A stretch of DNA of 64,000 bases. Source: Tortispora ganteri. Taxonomy: Eukaryota. Position 1 is the stretch's first letter; every line of letters starts with the position of its first letter. Both the position numbers and the translations under genes were made by a program. Below the pieces are notes generated by a model. That model worked only from the letters and a program-made list of their open reading frames with translations, was not told the origin of the DNA and made no database searches. The stretch is from positions 372,001-436,000 of the forward strand of contig PPNB01000002.1 in assembly GCA_003707115.1 (NCBI GenBank), written 5' to 3'. Below, in pieces: positions 10,400-21,399 of the stretch.

Positions 10400-11221
10400 T
10401 TAATTATGATCAGAGTAAATCAGTTTTCGTTTAGTCTTGATTGAATTAAGTAATGACCAACGTAGCAGTATTTTGAATAGTTGGAAACCAGTAAACATAG
10501 GCCAATAACAATCAACAAATGCAATTAATGTGTCGTCATTGCATTCCCATAACAAGAAATCACTGAGTCTTTGTGCACCTGAAGATCTGATAAGTATATC
10601 AACAGGAGGATCGCCTTTTGAAAACATATGTTGTTCAATTGTTTCTTGAGTAATTGGACTCTCTAAACGGCCTTCTTTTGATTCTTTCACAATACTTCGT
10701 ATCGAAAGAGCGATATCTAGTCTAGCGGTGTATGCAAAACATATATTTAAAACAGCTGTCTTATTTTTAGCCGTCCTTTGAATGGCAGTCTCAATAGCAG
10801 CATCAACTAATGGTGGGATCAGTGATCTGTCACCAAGAATACGTACTTGAACGTCATATTGGTCAGCAAAGTCTCCAAGTTGACAAAGTTGTACAACACT
10901 CTTCTGTACAAGATCCATAATAGCTTGTACCTCATGAGGCGGTCGGTGAAAATTCTCTACCGAAAATGCATATACTGTAATCATAGGAATTTTGATTCTG
11001 TACAAAATATCAAGCAGTTCCAGTAGCGATTCAAACCCTGATGTGTGTCCTTCTTTTACTTCCACCTGTCTTTCCTTTGCATATCTTCTGTTTCCATCCA
11101 TTATAAATCCAATATGTTGTGGTAATGTACCCGTAGCAAGTACCTCGTATAATCCTCTCTGTAATAATTCATTACCGTATTGAAACAATGGAAATGCACT
11201 GATCCATGATCCGAGGCTCAT
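10400..11221 (-). CDS. RER2: cis-prenyltransferase (dehydrodolichyl diphosphate synthase catalytic subunit)
   Basis: PQHIGFIMDGNRRYA, VYAFSVENFHR, DILIRSSGAQRLSDFLLWE; RER2 versus SRT1 paralogy uncertain. Confidence 0.9.
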   Translation of the reverse strand: MSLGSWISAFPLFQYGNELLQRGLYEVLATGTLPQHIGFIMDGNRRYAKERQVEVKEGHTSGFESLLELLDILYRIKIPMITVYAFSVENFHRPPHEVQAIMDLVQKSVVQLCQLGDFADQYDVQVRILGDRSLIPPLVDAAIETAIQRTAKNKTAVLNICFAYTARLDIALSIRSIVKESKEGRLESPITQETIEQHMFSKGDPPVDILIRSSGAQRLSDFLLWECNDDTLIAFVDCYWPMFTGFQLFKILLRWSLLNSIKTKRKLIYSDHN

Positions 11222-11309
11222 GTTTCTTTTTCTCTTTTGGCGTTGTGAAAGAGATCAAACTTTACCCTGTTGTCCTTCAAGAGATACGCTTTTTTTTTAT
11301 CCTCACATT

Positions 11310-12776
11310 ATGGGTCCGACTAGTAAAGACCATATAGCCGAAATTTACAAATTATACGATATAGCTACTTCAAATGATATAAAGAATGCATTGAAAGCGT
11401 ACAATCAACTACTCAAATACACAAACTCCTCTGTTCCGCTTCCTGCGCGTACCCTGGTCAAGGATTTCCTTTTCGATTTACTAGCGAAACTCCAACCTTC
11501 AGATCCAGATCTCGCACAGAAATCTCTGGATTCTTTATACGACTTATGCGAAGATGAAAGCATCATTATTCGTATTGCCGCCATTAAAAAGCTTCCGGCA
11601 TTTTTATCGCTTCTGCCTGAATCCGCAATGGCTGATCCAATCAATATCCTTGTCCAGCTCTTGCAAGCGACATCTGCAGAAGAGCTTGACTCTGTCCGCA
11701 ATTCGCTTCTTGCAGTCTCATCATCTTATCCTTCTTTACTTGCTGAACAAATATGGTCTCCAGGTTCTGAGAAACTGAGATCTCTAGCGCTCGGATGGGC
11801 GCTGTCATTACCAGGCGAGTTTCCAAGATCTCTATTGTTTTGGAACACTGCCTTCAAATCGTTTTCTGAAATCTCTACTGACTCTGAACTTCGTATTCTA
11901 CTAGGTCATTGTCGCAGATTATTACCAGGTATATTCTCTGCCGATGTGACTCCTTCTGCTGCTGAATCAGCATCACTCTTAATCGCCGGTCTAAGCAAAC
12001 GTGCACTCAAAAACTTCGATATATCTTCTGAATCAACTCTCGACTCCCTCAATCTCCTCTTATCTGTACTTTCATCTTTGTCTTCATCTGTTCCTCCCCC
12101 AGCAGAACTCTATACTCTTGTCTCGTCATTGCTCTCTCTCATCTCCTCAGGAACTCTGACACTGGCTTCTCATGCAAATTCAATAGCTCTCGTGCTCAAA
12201 TTAGTTGTGGAAACTGAAGCTCGTAAACTTCCTGGCCCAACTTTAGAAACTCTTATTCCAAAGTTTCGGTCTGTTTTTATAAAACTCATTGACGCCCAAA
12301 CGGCTCGTATTGAGTCTCAACCTTCAGGTAAACCCAAACTATTCTGGAACTGGACATGCTTTGAACCGGCTACTCTAATGCTATACATATCTAGCTACAA
12401 AGTACCGAAATTCCCTTTTAATTTCCATTCTTCAACTGATCTTGCCCCCTGTTTACGAAAAGTTTACGCTGCAGCTGCATCAGATATACCACGATTGCAT
12501 GAAATATTGAACGGCAGTAAAGACGACTCGGCTTTAAGGATACAAACTGTTCTCAAACAAGCTGAAAATTCGAGATCCGTAAGCCGTGAGCTTTTGAAAC
12601 TGCCTCATTTAAGATCTACGACTCCTATTCCGGTAATATTCTCGTGGAGACATATAACGGAAAAACCTACTAACCGCCAGATGACCGGGCCACAGTATAC
12701 TGGTTTCAGCAAGAAAAAGAGACGAACCAGCACAGAAAGAATTACAAGACCTGCAAAAATTTTGCATAAAAATTAG
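11310..12776 (+). CDS. Apoptosis inhibitor 5 (API5)-like HEAT/ARM repeat protein
   Basis: LYDLCEDESIIIRIAAIKKLP..ILVQLLQ..EELDSVRNSL matches the API5 N-terminal region; basic NLS-like C-terminus; likely start MGPTSK at 11310. Confidence 0.65.
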   Translation: MGPTSKDHIAEIYKLYDIATSNDIKNALKAYNQLLKYTNSSVPLPARTLVKDFLFDLLAKLQPSDPDLAQKSLDSLYDLCEDESIIIRIAAIKKLPAFLSLLPESAMADPINILVQLLQATSAEELDSVRNSLLAVSSSYPSLLAEQIWSPGSEKLRSLALGWALSLPGEFPRSLLFWNTAFKSFSEISTDSELRILLGHCRRLLPGIFSADVTPSAAESASLLIAGLSKRALKNFDISSESTLDSLNLLLSVLSSLSSSVPPPAELYTLVSSLLSLISSGTLTLASHANSIALVLKLVVETEARKLPGPTLETLIPKFRSVFIKLIDAQTARIESQPSGKPKLFWNWTCFEPATLMLYISSYKVPKFPFNFHSSTDLAPCLRKVYAAAASDIPRLHEILNGSKDDSALRIQTVLKQAENSRSVSRELLKLPHLRSTTPIPVIFSWRHITEKPTNRQMTGPQYTGFSKKKRRTSTERITRPAKILHKN

Positions 12777-12842
12777 AAATCAAGTTTACTGGATCTACTT
12801 GCGTAATTTTATATTATCAAGCATTATGAAATAATGACCTAT

Positions 12843-15011
12843 CTATTCTTGACGGCGGGAAAAATCGAAGATTTCAATGAACATGCTGCGGTCGCGCTGC
12901 ACAGCAGCAACACATAACTTCGAATTGAAACGAACTTGCCATACTCCATGCAATCCTGTAGTAATGTCTCTTATAAACTCTCCAGTATTCACATCCCACA
13001 CTTTCACACTCCCTACAGCTCCAGATACAATTTGGTGATCGTCATGGTGGAAACATGTAATAGAACCCGAGTGTCCTTCAAAAACATGTTTTGTTTTACC
13101 TGTATCTAAATCCCAGGTTCGCAATGTTGTATCTGCACATCCAGAGACTAATGTAGGAGAAGGTGATAGGGCATTGTAGCCTAGTATGCCTACCAGGGAA
13201 GTGTGGCCAACTAAAACATGCAAGCACTCGCCTGTTTCCAGAGACCAAACACGGATAGTTGAATCCAAAGAACCAGACATGCATCTTTTATTCTCAACGT
13301 CTAGCAAAACGCTGTAGACCTTATTAGTATGGCCAACTAATCTTTGTGTGCACTTGGCAGCAGATAAAGACCATATACGCACATCGTTGTCATAAGAAGC
13401 CGATGCCAGAACATCACCATGTGTTGCAATAGATCTTACAGATGCGTCATGCCCACGCAATACAGATATCAAAAACGGGTTAGGTCCGTCATATCGTGAA
13501 TCAGACTCAAGAGGGTCACCAACAGATGTAACTTTTGCAGAAATCTCTTCCATCGTTGGAGGGTCGGATTTAACAGTGCCATAGTATTCCCGGTAGATCT
13601 TATTAGGGTGAACTTCGCATTCTCCTGGTAAAGGAAGCTTCCATACTCGCAATGTTGTGTCCCGAGATCCAGTGACTAATAGCGGGCGTGGAGGAAACAT
13701 CTTTTGCATGCCTGTATCAGGGTCGATATCGCCAGTAGGTGCAGGTTCCACAATATTTAGGCATCTCACTGTTGAAACATGACCTTCGAGTACATGGGTG
13801 CATCGGTAGGTAGTTAAATCCCATACTCTTAGTGTTCGATCCGTTGACCCAGAGACCAAAGTATTGCCTCTACATTGCAAAGACCAGACACCACCGGTGT
13901 GACCTATGAGTTCCTGCAGCAATTTACCCGTCTTGCAGTCATAAATCATGATATTGCTGTCACCAGCGGCAACGATAATTTTGTCCGAATTAAAATGCAA
14001 GCAGGTAACAATAACGTCATCGATGGGAGCTGATGTGATGCGGTATGGGCGAAAGTTAGGATCACGCCAGTTACGTTGCAAGATGTACTTTTCACGAAAC
14101 AACGCCTTGTAAGGATTTTCTTCCTTTGTTTGAGACAAAATATCTATTTCCTGCGGCAGATAATGGAACATTTCGCGGGCCAAAAGGGTACGCCAAAGGT
14201 AGTCTGAGTTAGAAATGAGATCAAACCAGGGTTTAGAAACAGTAGCCAAACGGCACAGAGATTTGACATCAAGAAGTGATAATATGCGCAGAGAAAGTTC
14301 TGGAGGTAAGCATCCTATGAAATCACGTCGAAGGGATGGTACTATTAAAGACGCTATGGAAGAAAGCGTTTTTCTTGTGCATCTTCGAAGGAGGTTATAA
14401 ACAACAGCACCTTTGAGAGATTCGGGAGCAGAGTCAAAAATATGAATAAGATCCAGAGGGATATTTTCATTAGAAAGAGGCCAAGAATTAGGTAAGGAGG
14501 GGTCCTGTGTTGCAGTGGTAAAAGTTGACGGCGAATGGACTGTAGGGGACATCATCGGAGAAGGTAGAGAAACGGGGTTGTCATGATCATTAGTAGTAGG
14601 TGAGGTCGGCGACAAGAGAACAAGGTCATCAGTTGATGGTTCAGAAATATAATTGAAAGTATCCGATGGATTCATAAGTCTAGGAACAGATCTCGGTTTG
14701 CGTTGGTCTTCCGCAGACCGTTTACGCTTTGCATGAATGCCAGAACTTACGGCAATACCGTCTGCAGAGAAGACAAATGGTACTGGTACGTCAGAAAGGG
14801 GGTAAGTATCAGAATCGAGATTTGTCAAAGGACGAGCCAGTTCGTCAACGGCTTGCGTAATTTGAGAGGGCGGTATAGAGCGCAGATCAGCGGAGCGCGG
14901 TGTGGTTACGGACATCTGCACCGGATTAGGTGTGAGAGATGCAAGATGATCGGGGATGTGGCTAGGACTCTTCCGGTCCGAAGAGATTTGAGAGGGCAAG
15001 CTATTAACCAT
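12843..15011 (-). CDS. CDC4: SCF F-box/WD40 substrate receptor
   Basis: RRDFIGCLPPELSLRILSLLD F-box followed by WD40 repeats (GHTGGVWSL, SGSTDRTLRVW, GHVSTVRCL). Confidence 0.92.
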   Translation of the reverse strand: MVNSLPSQISSDRKSPSHIPDHLASLTPNPVQMSVTTPRSADLRSIPPSQITQAVDELARPLTNLDSDTYPLSDVPVPFVFSADGIAVSSGIHAKRKRSAEDQRKPRSVPRLMNPSDTFNYISEPSTDDLVLLSPTSPTTNDHDNPVSLPSPMMSPTVHSPSTFTTATQDPSLPNSWPLSNENIPLDLIHIFDSAPESLKGAVVYNLLRRCTRKTLSSIASLIVPSLRRDFIGCLPPELSLRILSLLDVKSLCRLATVSKPWFDLISNSDYLWRTLLAREMFHYLPQEIDILSQTKEENPYKALFREKYILQRNWRDPNFRPYRITSAPIDDVIVTCLHFNSDKIIVAAGDSNIMIYDCKTGKLLQELIGHTGGVWSLQCRGNTLVSGSTDRTLRVWDLTTYRCTHVLEGHVSTVRCLNIVEPAPTGDIDPDTGMQKMFPPRPLLVTGSRDTTLRVWKLPLPGECEVHPNKIYREYYGTVKSDPPTMEEISAKVTSVGDPLESDSRYDGPNPFLISVLRGHDASVRSIATHGDVLASASYDNDVRIWSLSAAKCTQRLVGHTNKVYSVLLDVENKRCMSGSLDSTIRVWSLETGECLHVLVGHTSLVGILGYNALSPSPTLVSGCADTTLRTWDLDTGKTKHVFEGHSGSITCFHHDDHQIVSGAVGSVKVWDVNTGEFIRDITTGLHGVWQVRFNSKLCVAAVQRDRSMFIEIFDFSRRQE

Positions 15012-15875
15012 TTCCTAACCGCGCTTCTGGATGATTAAGGACAATAAATGTATGTGGTAGAGCGATCGAGGGGTATGTGTTGCTGGAGTAACGCACGTTG
15101 CAGGAAACAAAAACAAGAATGCAACCAATGAGACGAGCAGAACAATAGAGTTTTGAAGTGAAAAGGATTAATAAATATAGATAAATAATGATTCTTCCTC
15201 AACCTATTTCAATTTAATTTATTATGCGTAGATATCGCGTAATATGTTAATAGGGTGGAGATTGTAACGTTGTATAAATAGAAAGCTGTGCGGCTGTTTG
15301 CAATGTTATATGTGATGCATTGTTGTCTTGCAATCGTCCGAGCTATATTTGTCATAGACTAAGCAAAAGAACTCACTTAAACAACTTAAATTCTCATAAA
15401 ACTTGTGTATTAACTAATTGCATATTATTTGGTTCATTTATTTGTACTTATTAGTTTATACAGTGACTTGTCAATTGGTATCGAAACATATACTACTAAA
15501 CTTAATCATATTTAGAGTTTGTGTTTACTAAAACATACACATTGTTTTTTTTTCCATGCGGTATGATATCTGACAGGGGTTTTCTGAATTTATATATTTG
15601 CTAAATTCACTCAGAGCTACTTGTCTGTATTTTTAGCAGTCACCGAAAATACATTCATGGTGAACGTGCGGTCGTCGTTAACAAAATATTTAGAATAAGG
15701 TTGTCCTGTGGCTTTCGCATATACACAATTACTTTACATACTCATACACTCTCTTATACTCACGCAAAGAAAACTTCCTTTCAAGTTCCTTTAATTTTTG
15801 GTCCTCATTTAATTACTGTATTAGTTTTTGGTTTATTTTATTTCAATTTTGGTTCCTGGTGATAGCTTGTAACAC

Positions 15876-17498
15876 ATGGATATACAAAGACCCTCCACCC
15901 CGCCATCTCAAACAACATCACCATCTGCATTTAGATCTCCCTCAAGGTCCATCATTTCTTCTCCCGGTCGTCAAAGATTACATGCCGCCGATAGATTTAT
16001 ACCAACACGTGGCAGTGTGGACCTGACCGCCGCATATTCTCTGATCGAGTCAGGTGATCGCTTCGATTCTCCGCCTACTATAAGCCAAACACATCAACAC
16101 CATACCGAGCTTGATCCCGTGGTCAGATCTTCCGCTGATGTTCACGAACGGCGAATTCAGGAAGCGAACAAGATGTTTTCTCAGGTCCTGAAAGCGGAAA
16201 TATTTGGCGATAAAGTCCCTTCATCCAACTTAGACACTTCGCCTTCGCCGTCTGTTGTCTCTACTCCTACCTCCAGCCGCCCTCGCACTGGCTCGTCAGT
16301 GTCGCTATCCCCTGCGCGCAAACTATTTCAGTATTCTTCTCCTCAAAATTCACCGAAAAAACTGCTCGACTCAGATTTCGACGCTCCTTCGCATCTGCAC
16401 AACTTAACTGGCTCCCCGAACAGAAAACTGGTGTTTGATGCAGATTCTCCTTCCTTCTCCACTTCTCCAGTGCGCATAGACACTCAAAAACTTCTCACTT
16501 CTCCGAGAAAGGAACCACGTCAAATATCTCCTTTTCCATCTAGAGTGCTCGATGCACCAGAACTCGCTGACGACTTCTATCTGAACAACGTCGACTGGGG
16601 CTCCTCAAATATACTTGCCGTCGGCCTTGGATCTTGCGTGTATCTTTGGATTGGAAGCAGTGCGCAAGTCTTGAAGCTTTGCGATTTTAGTTCTGTTCAG
16701 GATACTGTCACGTCTGTGAGCTGGATTGACTCTGGTGATCATATAGCTGTAGGTACATTCAAAGGTACAGTTCAAATATGGGACGCAGAAAAAGCCAAGC
16801 GTATTAGAGTCATGTCAGGCCACACTGCTCGTGCATCTTCCTTGGCTTGGAACAGACACATACTATCATCTGGATCTCGCGACAGAAGCGTCCTGCACAG
16901 AGACGTCCGCGCGCCTGAACATTTTATACGGCGGTTAAGCGGCCACAAACAAGAAGTGTGCGGTCTCAAATGGAATACAACAGAAAACTTACTAGCATCT
17001 GGAAGTAATGACAACAAATTGTTTATATGGGATGCTTTAAATGACGAAGCTCCAATGCATAGATTCACTCAGCACACTGCAGCTGTCAAGGCCTTGGCTT
17101 GGTCACCTCATCAAAGATCACTATTAGCATCAGGAGGTGGATCTGCAGATCGAACTATAAGATTTTGGAATACTTCTACTGGTGCTCTTTGCAACACTAT
17201 AGATACTGGCTCACAAGTTTGTAACCTCATGTGGTCTAAGAATTCCAACGAACTTGTGTCTACACACGGGTTTAGCCAAAATCAAATTGCCATTTGGAAA
17301 TACCCTAGCATGCGCCAAGTCACAGCTCTGTACGGTCACACTTATCGTGTGCTTTTTCTTTCTATGTCTCCAGACGGACAAACTATTGTTACAGGTGCTG
17401 GTGACGAAACTCTCAGATTTTGGCAAGTATTTAAGAAGTCTAAAACAGCGCAAACGTCTCTCTCCAGACTAGATTCTCAGCTGCTTCAGATTCGATGA
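15876..17498 (+). CDS. CDH1: APC/C activator Cdh1/Fizzy-related
   Basis: C-box DRFIP, RVLDAPELADDFY, WD40 propeller, C-terminal IR tail, many SP/TP sites. Confidence 0.93.
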   Translation: MDIQRPSTPPSQTTSPSAFRSPSRSIISSPGRQRLHAADRFIPTRGSVDLTAAYSLIESGDRFDSPPTISQTHQHHTELDPVVRSSADVHERRIQEANKMFSQVLKAEIFGDKVPSSNLDTSPSPSVVSTPTSSRPRTGSSVSLSPARKLFQYSSPQNSPKKLLDSDFDAPSHLHNLTGSPNRKLVFDADSPSFSTSPVRIDTQKLLTSPRKEPRQISPFPSRVLDAPELADDFYLNNVDWGSSNILAVGLGSCVYLWIGSSAQVLKLCDFSSVQDTVTSVSWIDSGDHIAVGTFKGTVQIWDAEKAKRIRVMSGHTARASSLAWNRHILSSGSRDRSVLHRDVRAPEHFIRRLSGHKQEVCGLKWNTTENLLASGSNDNKLFIWDALNDEAPMHRFTQHTAAVKALAWSPHQRSLLASGGGSADRTIRFWNTSTGALCNTIDTGSQVCNLMWSKNSNELVSTHGFSQNQIAIWKYPSMRQVTALYGHTYRVLFLSMSPDGQTIVTGAGDETLRFWQVFKKSKTAQTSLSRLDSQLLQIR

Positions 17499-17973
17499 AA
17501 TACTCTACTTATTCATAATTATTTTTAAGCGCTCTTACTATCTGTAAGACCGTGAGCGATGCATCTACTATCATTTGACATTATCGTGATTTTCACTAAG
17601 GTGTCGTTGCATTATAATTATACTAAAGGGTATGATCAAATAGGCGTTAACCTTCAGCTATAACCACATATTTACGCCTTTCGCAACTGCGGATCATTGA
17701 TGCTGTTCGTGATGTTGCTATTTGTGTAAGTCTAGTATCAGTACACTTTCCTTTGCGGTTATAATTTTGATACTTCACTGTGTGCAAAATCAGTAATATT
17801 TCTTACAGCTGGTAAATCAGTAATTACTAGTCTCCACTATACTGGTTCATAAACACAATCGTAATTTTCCATATTAGGCAGTTGCGGCTGTGAAAGTTTA
17901 AATGAAAAAAATACGAAGTCCTAACTACACTTTTTTAGTATCGTTTATTCACAGCTATATTGCTACAAACAAA

Positions 17974-18984
17974 ATGGAATATTCTGATCCTGAAGATATA
18001 TCGAGTATTATCCCTGTTGTCTATTCATTTTTAGAAAGACATGGGTTGAAGAAGACAGCTAAAACACTTCTAAAGGAAGGAGGATCGAGTGAAAACAAAG
18101 AGATCGTCAAACTGTGCGAAAAGATCAAAAATGACGAGACTGGAGATATAGAAGTGTTAGAAGTAATTTACAAAGACTGGGTTAAGAACTATGAGAGTGC
18201 ATCAACTGATGATACTATTGAAGGCGAGGTTATAGAGGGCGAAAGTGACTCAAGTTCTAGTGATTCGGATTCTGGTTCTGACTCTAATTCGAGCTCTATT
18301 TCTTCTAATAAATCCAAAAAGTCTGAATCTGGTTCTAATTCTGACTCCGATTCTGACTCTGATTCTGATTCTAGTTCTGACTCTGATTCTGATTCTGACT
18401 CCGATTCTGATTCTAATTCTAATTCTGACTCCGATTCTGACTCTAACTCTGACTCTGACTCCGGTTCTGATTCCGACTCTGGCTCCGATTCTGATTCCAA
18501 CTCTGGTTCCAACTCTGATTCCGATTCTGATTCTGATTCTGATTCTGATTCTGATTCCGACTCTGGCTCCGATTCTGATTCCAACTCTGATTCCGATTCC
18601 GACTCTGGCTCTGATTCTGATTCCGACTCACACTCTGAACCCGGTTCGAAGCATGAATCCAAACCTCACACAAAATTCGATTCAAGCTATAAATCTGATT
18701 CACAACAAGATAAAAAACGCAAATTATCACCCTCACCAAATCCACCATCTAAGAAACCTCACCACTTTTCAAGAATAGATCCGACAAAAGTGACATTCGT
18801 TGACGAAACTCTCAAGGACAATACCTATAAAGGAGCTGCCGGTACATGGGGCGAACAGGCGAACAGTAAACTCGGCAGAGTAAAAGGAAAAGATTTCACA
18901 AAAAATAAAAACAAAATGAAGAAAGGAAGCTACCGCGGTGGTACTATTACTATGGCTAGTGGCAGCTTTAAGTTTACTGACTAA
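17974..18984 (+). CDS. SRP40: Nucleolar Srp40/Nopp140-like protein
   Basis: LisH-like N-terminus ([15 protein letters not shown]), Ser/Asp tract, SRP40_C motif ([30 protein letters not shown]); probable start at 17974. Confidence 0.9.
   Translation: MEYSDPEDISSIIPVVYSFLERHGLKKTAKTLLKEGGSSENKEIVKLCEKIKNDETGDIEVLEVIYKDWVKNYESASTDDTIEGEVIEGESDSSSSDSDSGSDSNSSSISSNKSKKSESGSNSDSDSDSDSDSSSDSDSDSDSDSDSNSNSDSDSDSNSDSDSGSDSDSGSDSDSNSGSNSDSDSDSDSDSDSDSDSGSDSDSNSDSDSDSGSDSDSDSHSEPGSKHESKPHTKFDSSYKSDSQQDKKRKLSPSPNPPSKKPHHFSRIDPTKVTFVDETLKDNTYKGAAGTWGEQANSKLGRVKGKDFTKNKNKMKKGSYRGGTITMASGSFKFTD
18241..18633 (+). repeat. Coding (Ser-Asp)n hexamer repeat (GATTCT/GACTCT/GATTCC)
   Basis: About 390 bp of degenerate 6-bp repeats encoding SDSDSD inside SRP40. 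Confidence 0.9.
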
Positions 18985-19010
18985 TCTACCTTCTTCCAAC
19001 ACTTTCATCT

Positions 19011-20615
19011 ATGCTTACTGACTTCGCCATACAATGGAATTTGACAGATAATTCAATAGAAAATAATGTATTAATATCTTTCCGTATTGATTTATTACCA
19101 AATATTCCCTACAAACTCTTTACTTTATACGATATATCCCATATCAATACCAATTCCATCACTATCACAGGTATCACTAAACAATCTAATACGCTTATAT
19201 TCCCCGTACTCACTAAAGAACGACCTTCATCTCAGCTATCAAGTATATCAATATCTTCTTCTGTTCATTCTTCTGAGACATGGGATACCTTGTCGAACTT
19301 CTTCTCAACTGCAAGTTCCCCTTCCTCTACTGTGAACCATATATTGAACCCGACTAAACTCATAGAACTCGTTGATAGCCTCGGCAATGACCTAGGCACT
19401 CTCGAAGTCATTGATTCCTATCTGACATTCATAACCCCTTCAGACTTGCCAAATAATATAGATCACTACTATCTCTCTATGTCTCTCTCGCTTCCTTGCG
19501 AAGATATCCCATTTAGTATGGATTCTTTATGCGGATCTCATTCTCCCCCCTGGAGATCTCTCCAACTTTCCGGCCTTGATCTGGTCTCCGAAATTTCACT
19601 CACAATCAATGTTCCTGAGTCAGATAATTCTTACGACATTTATCTCGACATGCCAGAAACAAAGCGCATATCCACAAATGAGAATATCGCTCTACATGAT
19701 TCTGAATTCATCTCTGTCAGAATCATGAAACCTTCATTGGCCACTGAATCCCATGTTGAATGTTTCATCCTTGTCAATGACAATACCATTTCACTGCTTT
19801 GGAATTTCTTTTTTTCCAAACCAGTTATCGACCTAGAAATAACACTTCATGGAGCCACATCAGAGCTGGAACTCAATGCCGATTATACTGTTTCTTCAAC
19901 TGATTCTACATGTCTTTCTTGTAAATTGAACTCAGCAGAATCGCATTTTTCTCTCACAGCTTTTCTCCCCTTTTCTAATCACTGCCAGATCCCAAACGTT
20001 TCTATGTCTTCCTACCATATTGAGCCTTTAACATACTATATAGACTCAGCTTGTTTTGTTCCTCACTTATCTACCTCTAAGTGGCTTGCAAAGGACTCCC
20101 GCACGTTCGAATGCGTTTCACTCAATGCCCCTCTTTTTCTATCATTTGAAAGAATAGAATTTGCGTATTTTGTTATTGCGAATATATCGTGGAACACTAG
20201 GCAATATATTGCCTCGTGTAGAATTGATATTCAGAATACAAGCACTGTTATTGTCGTCTCTAGATCGATTCAAACAATGCGCCTTGTGAGCGCAACTACA
20301 GACATTCAGCCTCTACCAATTGTCTCAGGCGAGTATCATTATATCAATTTACCTCCTTTTACAAGATCAGTATGGTTGACTTTCGATAGCGGCCTACTCC
20401 AGCCTATCGGGTTACCACATATACTGAACGGCGTCTGTTCTGGGTTCAAAGTAACACATGATCCGTGTATTGCGCTCAGATTTCCTACCGGTTCCTGGCC
20501 ACCAAGCTTTCATAAAAATAGTATATGGCCTCCTATTGTGATACCAGTATTGCTCTTAAGCTTCATGGCATTGGCGATCTGCTTGGAGTTAACCCCACAT
20601 TCCGTGTACGAATGA
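19011..20615 (+). CDS. Hypothetical protein with a C-terminal hydrophobic (TM) segment
   Basis: 534-codon ORF; IVIPVLLLSFMALAICL near the C-terminus; no family recognised. Confidence 0.6.
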   Translation: MLTDFAIQWNLTDNSIENNVLISFRIDLLPNIPYKLFTLYDISHINTNSITITGITKQSNTLIFPVLTKERPSSQLSSISISSSVHSSETWDTLSNFFSTASSPSSTVNHILNPTKLIELVDSLGNDLGTLEVIDSYLTFITPSDLPNNIDHYYLSMSLSLPCEDIPFSMDSLCGSHSPPWRSLQLSGLDLVSEISLTINVPESDNSYDIYLDMPETKRISTNENIALHDSEFISVRIMKPSLATESHVECFILVNDNTISLLWNFFFSKPVIDLEITLHGATSELELNADYTVSSTDSTCLSCKLNSAESHFSLTAFLPFSNHCQIPNVSMSSYHIEPLTYYIDSACFVPHLSTSKWLAKDSRTFECVSLNAPLFLSFERIEFAYFVIANISWNTRQYIASCRIDIQNTSTVIVVSRSIQTMRLVSATTDIQPLPIVSGEYHYINLPPFTRSVWLTFDSGLLQPIGLPHILNGVCSGFKVTHDPCIALRFPTGSWPPSFHKNSIWPPIVIPVLLLSFMALAICLELTPHSVYE

Positions 20616-20688
20616 AAAGGGGGCATTTTACGTGCATATAAAATTATTAGCATCAGCTTCATTAATTAATTACAATACCCACCGTTGT

Positions 20689-21399
20689 CTATTGTGCGAG
20701 AGAAACAGGAGAAGACGCAGTCACTGTAGGAATCATCAGCTTCTCGGCATTAGGTTGCGCTACTGATTCGAAGGAGAGAAAGTACTCTCTTAAAATGGGG
20801 ATGTCAAGAAAATCTAGCTTTCCATTCTCAACTGAATACATCATGCCGTGTACCTCTAAGTTTCTTGCTTTCATTGCTTTGCTAATAAGCGGTAGTTTTC
20901 TCAGTTCCCGCACCTGGTTAGCGACGTTCAACTCCACCAGCCGACGTGCTCTTTCGAATGTATTGTCTATTGCAGAAAGCTCCGCGTTATGAATTTGACA
21001 CACGTCTCTAAATGGCTGAATCCATGTCCTCAAAGGAGAATCTAGTTCAAATCCTCCAGCCATAGCAGTTTTAGCGGCGCCGCAATCACTATGGCCGCAA
21101 ATGATAACATGCTCAACGCCTACGACCTCCACAGCGAACTGAAGAACGGACATAGCAGCAGGATCATCAGGATGTAACAGCCCACCAACATTTCTATGTA
21201 CAAATATTTCACCAGGCAGCAGGTCTAAGCACTGTTCTCCTGCTCTAGAGTCGCCACAGCCGATCCATAGGATTTTGGGCGCTTGACCCTTTGCATTAGT
21301 GGGGAACAATTCAGGATAGTTGGCGCTCATCCTCTGGGCCCACGCTCTATTGTGTACCAGAACGTCACTTAGTTTCTTTGATAAAAATTTAAATACCAT
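20689..21399 (-). CDS. NCE103: Beta-class carbonic anhydrase
   Basis: WIGCGDSR, GEIFVHRNVG, ICGHSDCGA zinc ligands. Confidence 0.95.
   Translation of the reverse strand: MVFKFLSKKLSDVLVHNRAWAQRMSANYPELFPTNAKGQAPKILWIGCGDSRAGEQCLDLLPGEIFVHRNVGGLLHPDDPAAMSVLQFAVEVVGVEHVIICGHSDCGAAKTAMAGGFELDSPLRTWIQPFRDVCQIHNAELSAIDNTFERARRLVELNVANQVRELRKLPLISKAMKARNLEVHGMMYSVENGKLDFLDIPILREYFLSFESVAQPNAEKLMIPTVTASSPVSLAQ

Noticed and set aside
18189..18778. Long alternative-frame ORFs (ESESES, ILILIL, NQNQ) over SRP40
   Set aside because: By-products of the stop-free hexamer repeat encoding the Ser-Asp tract
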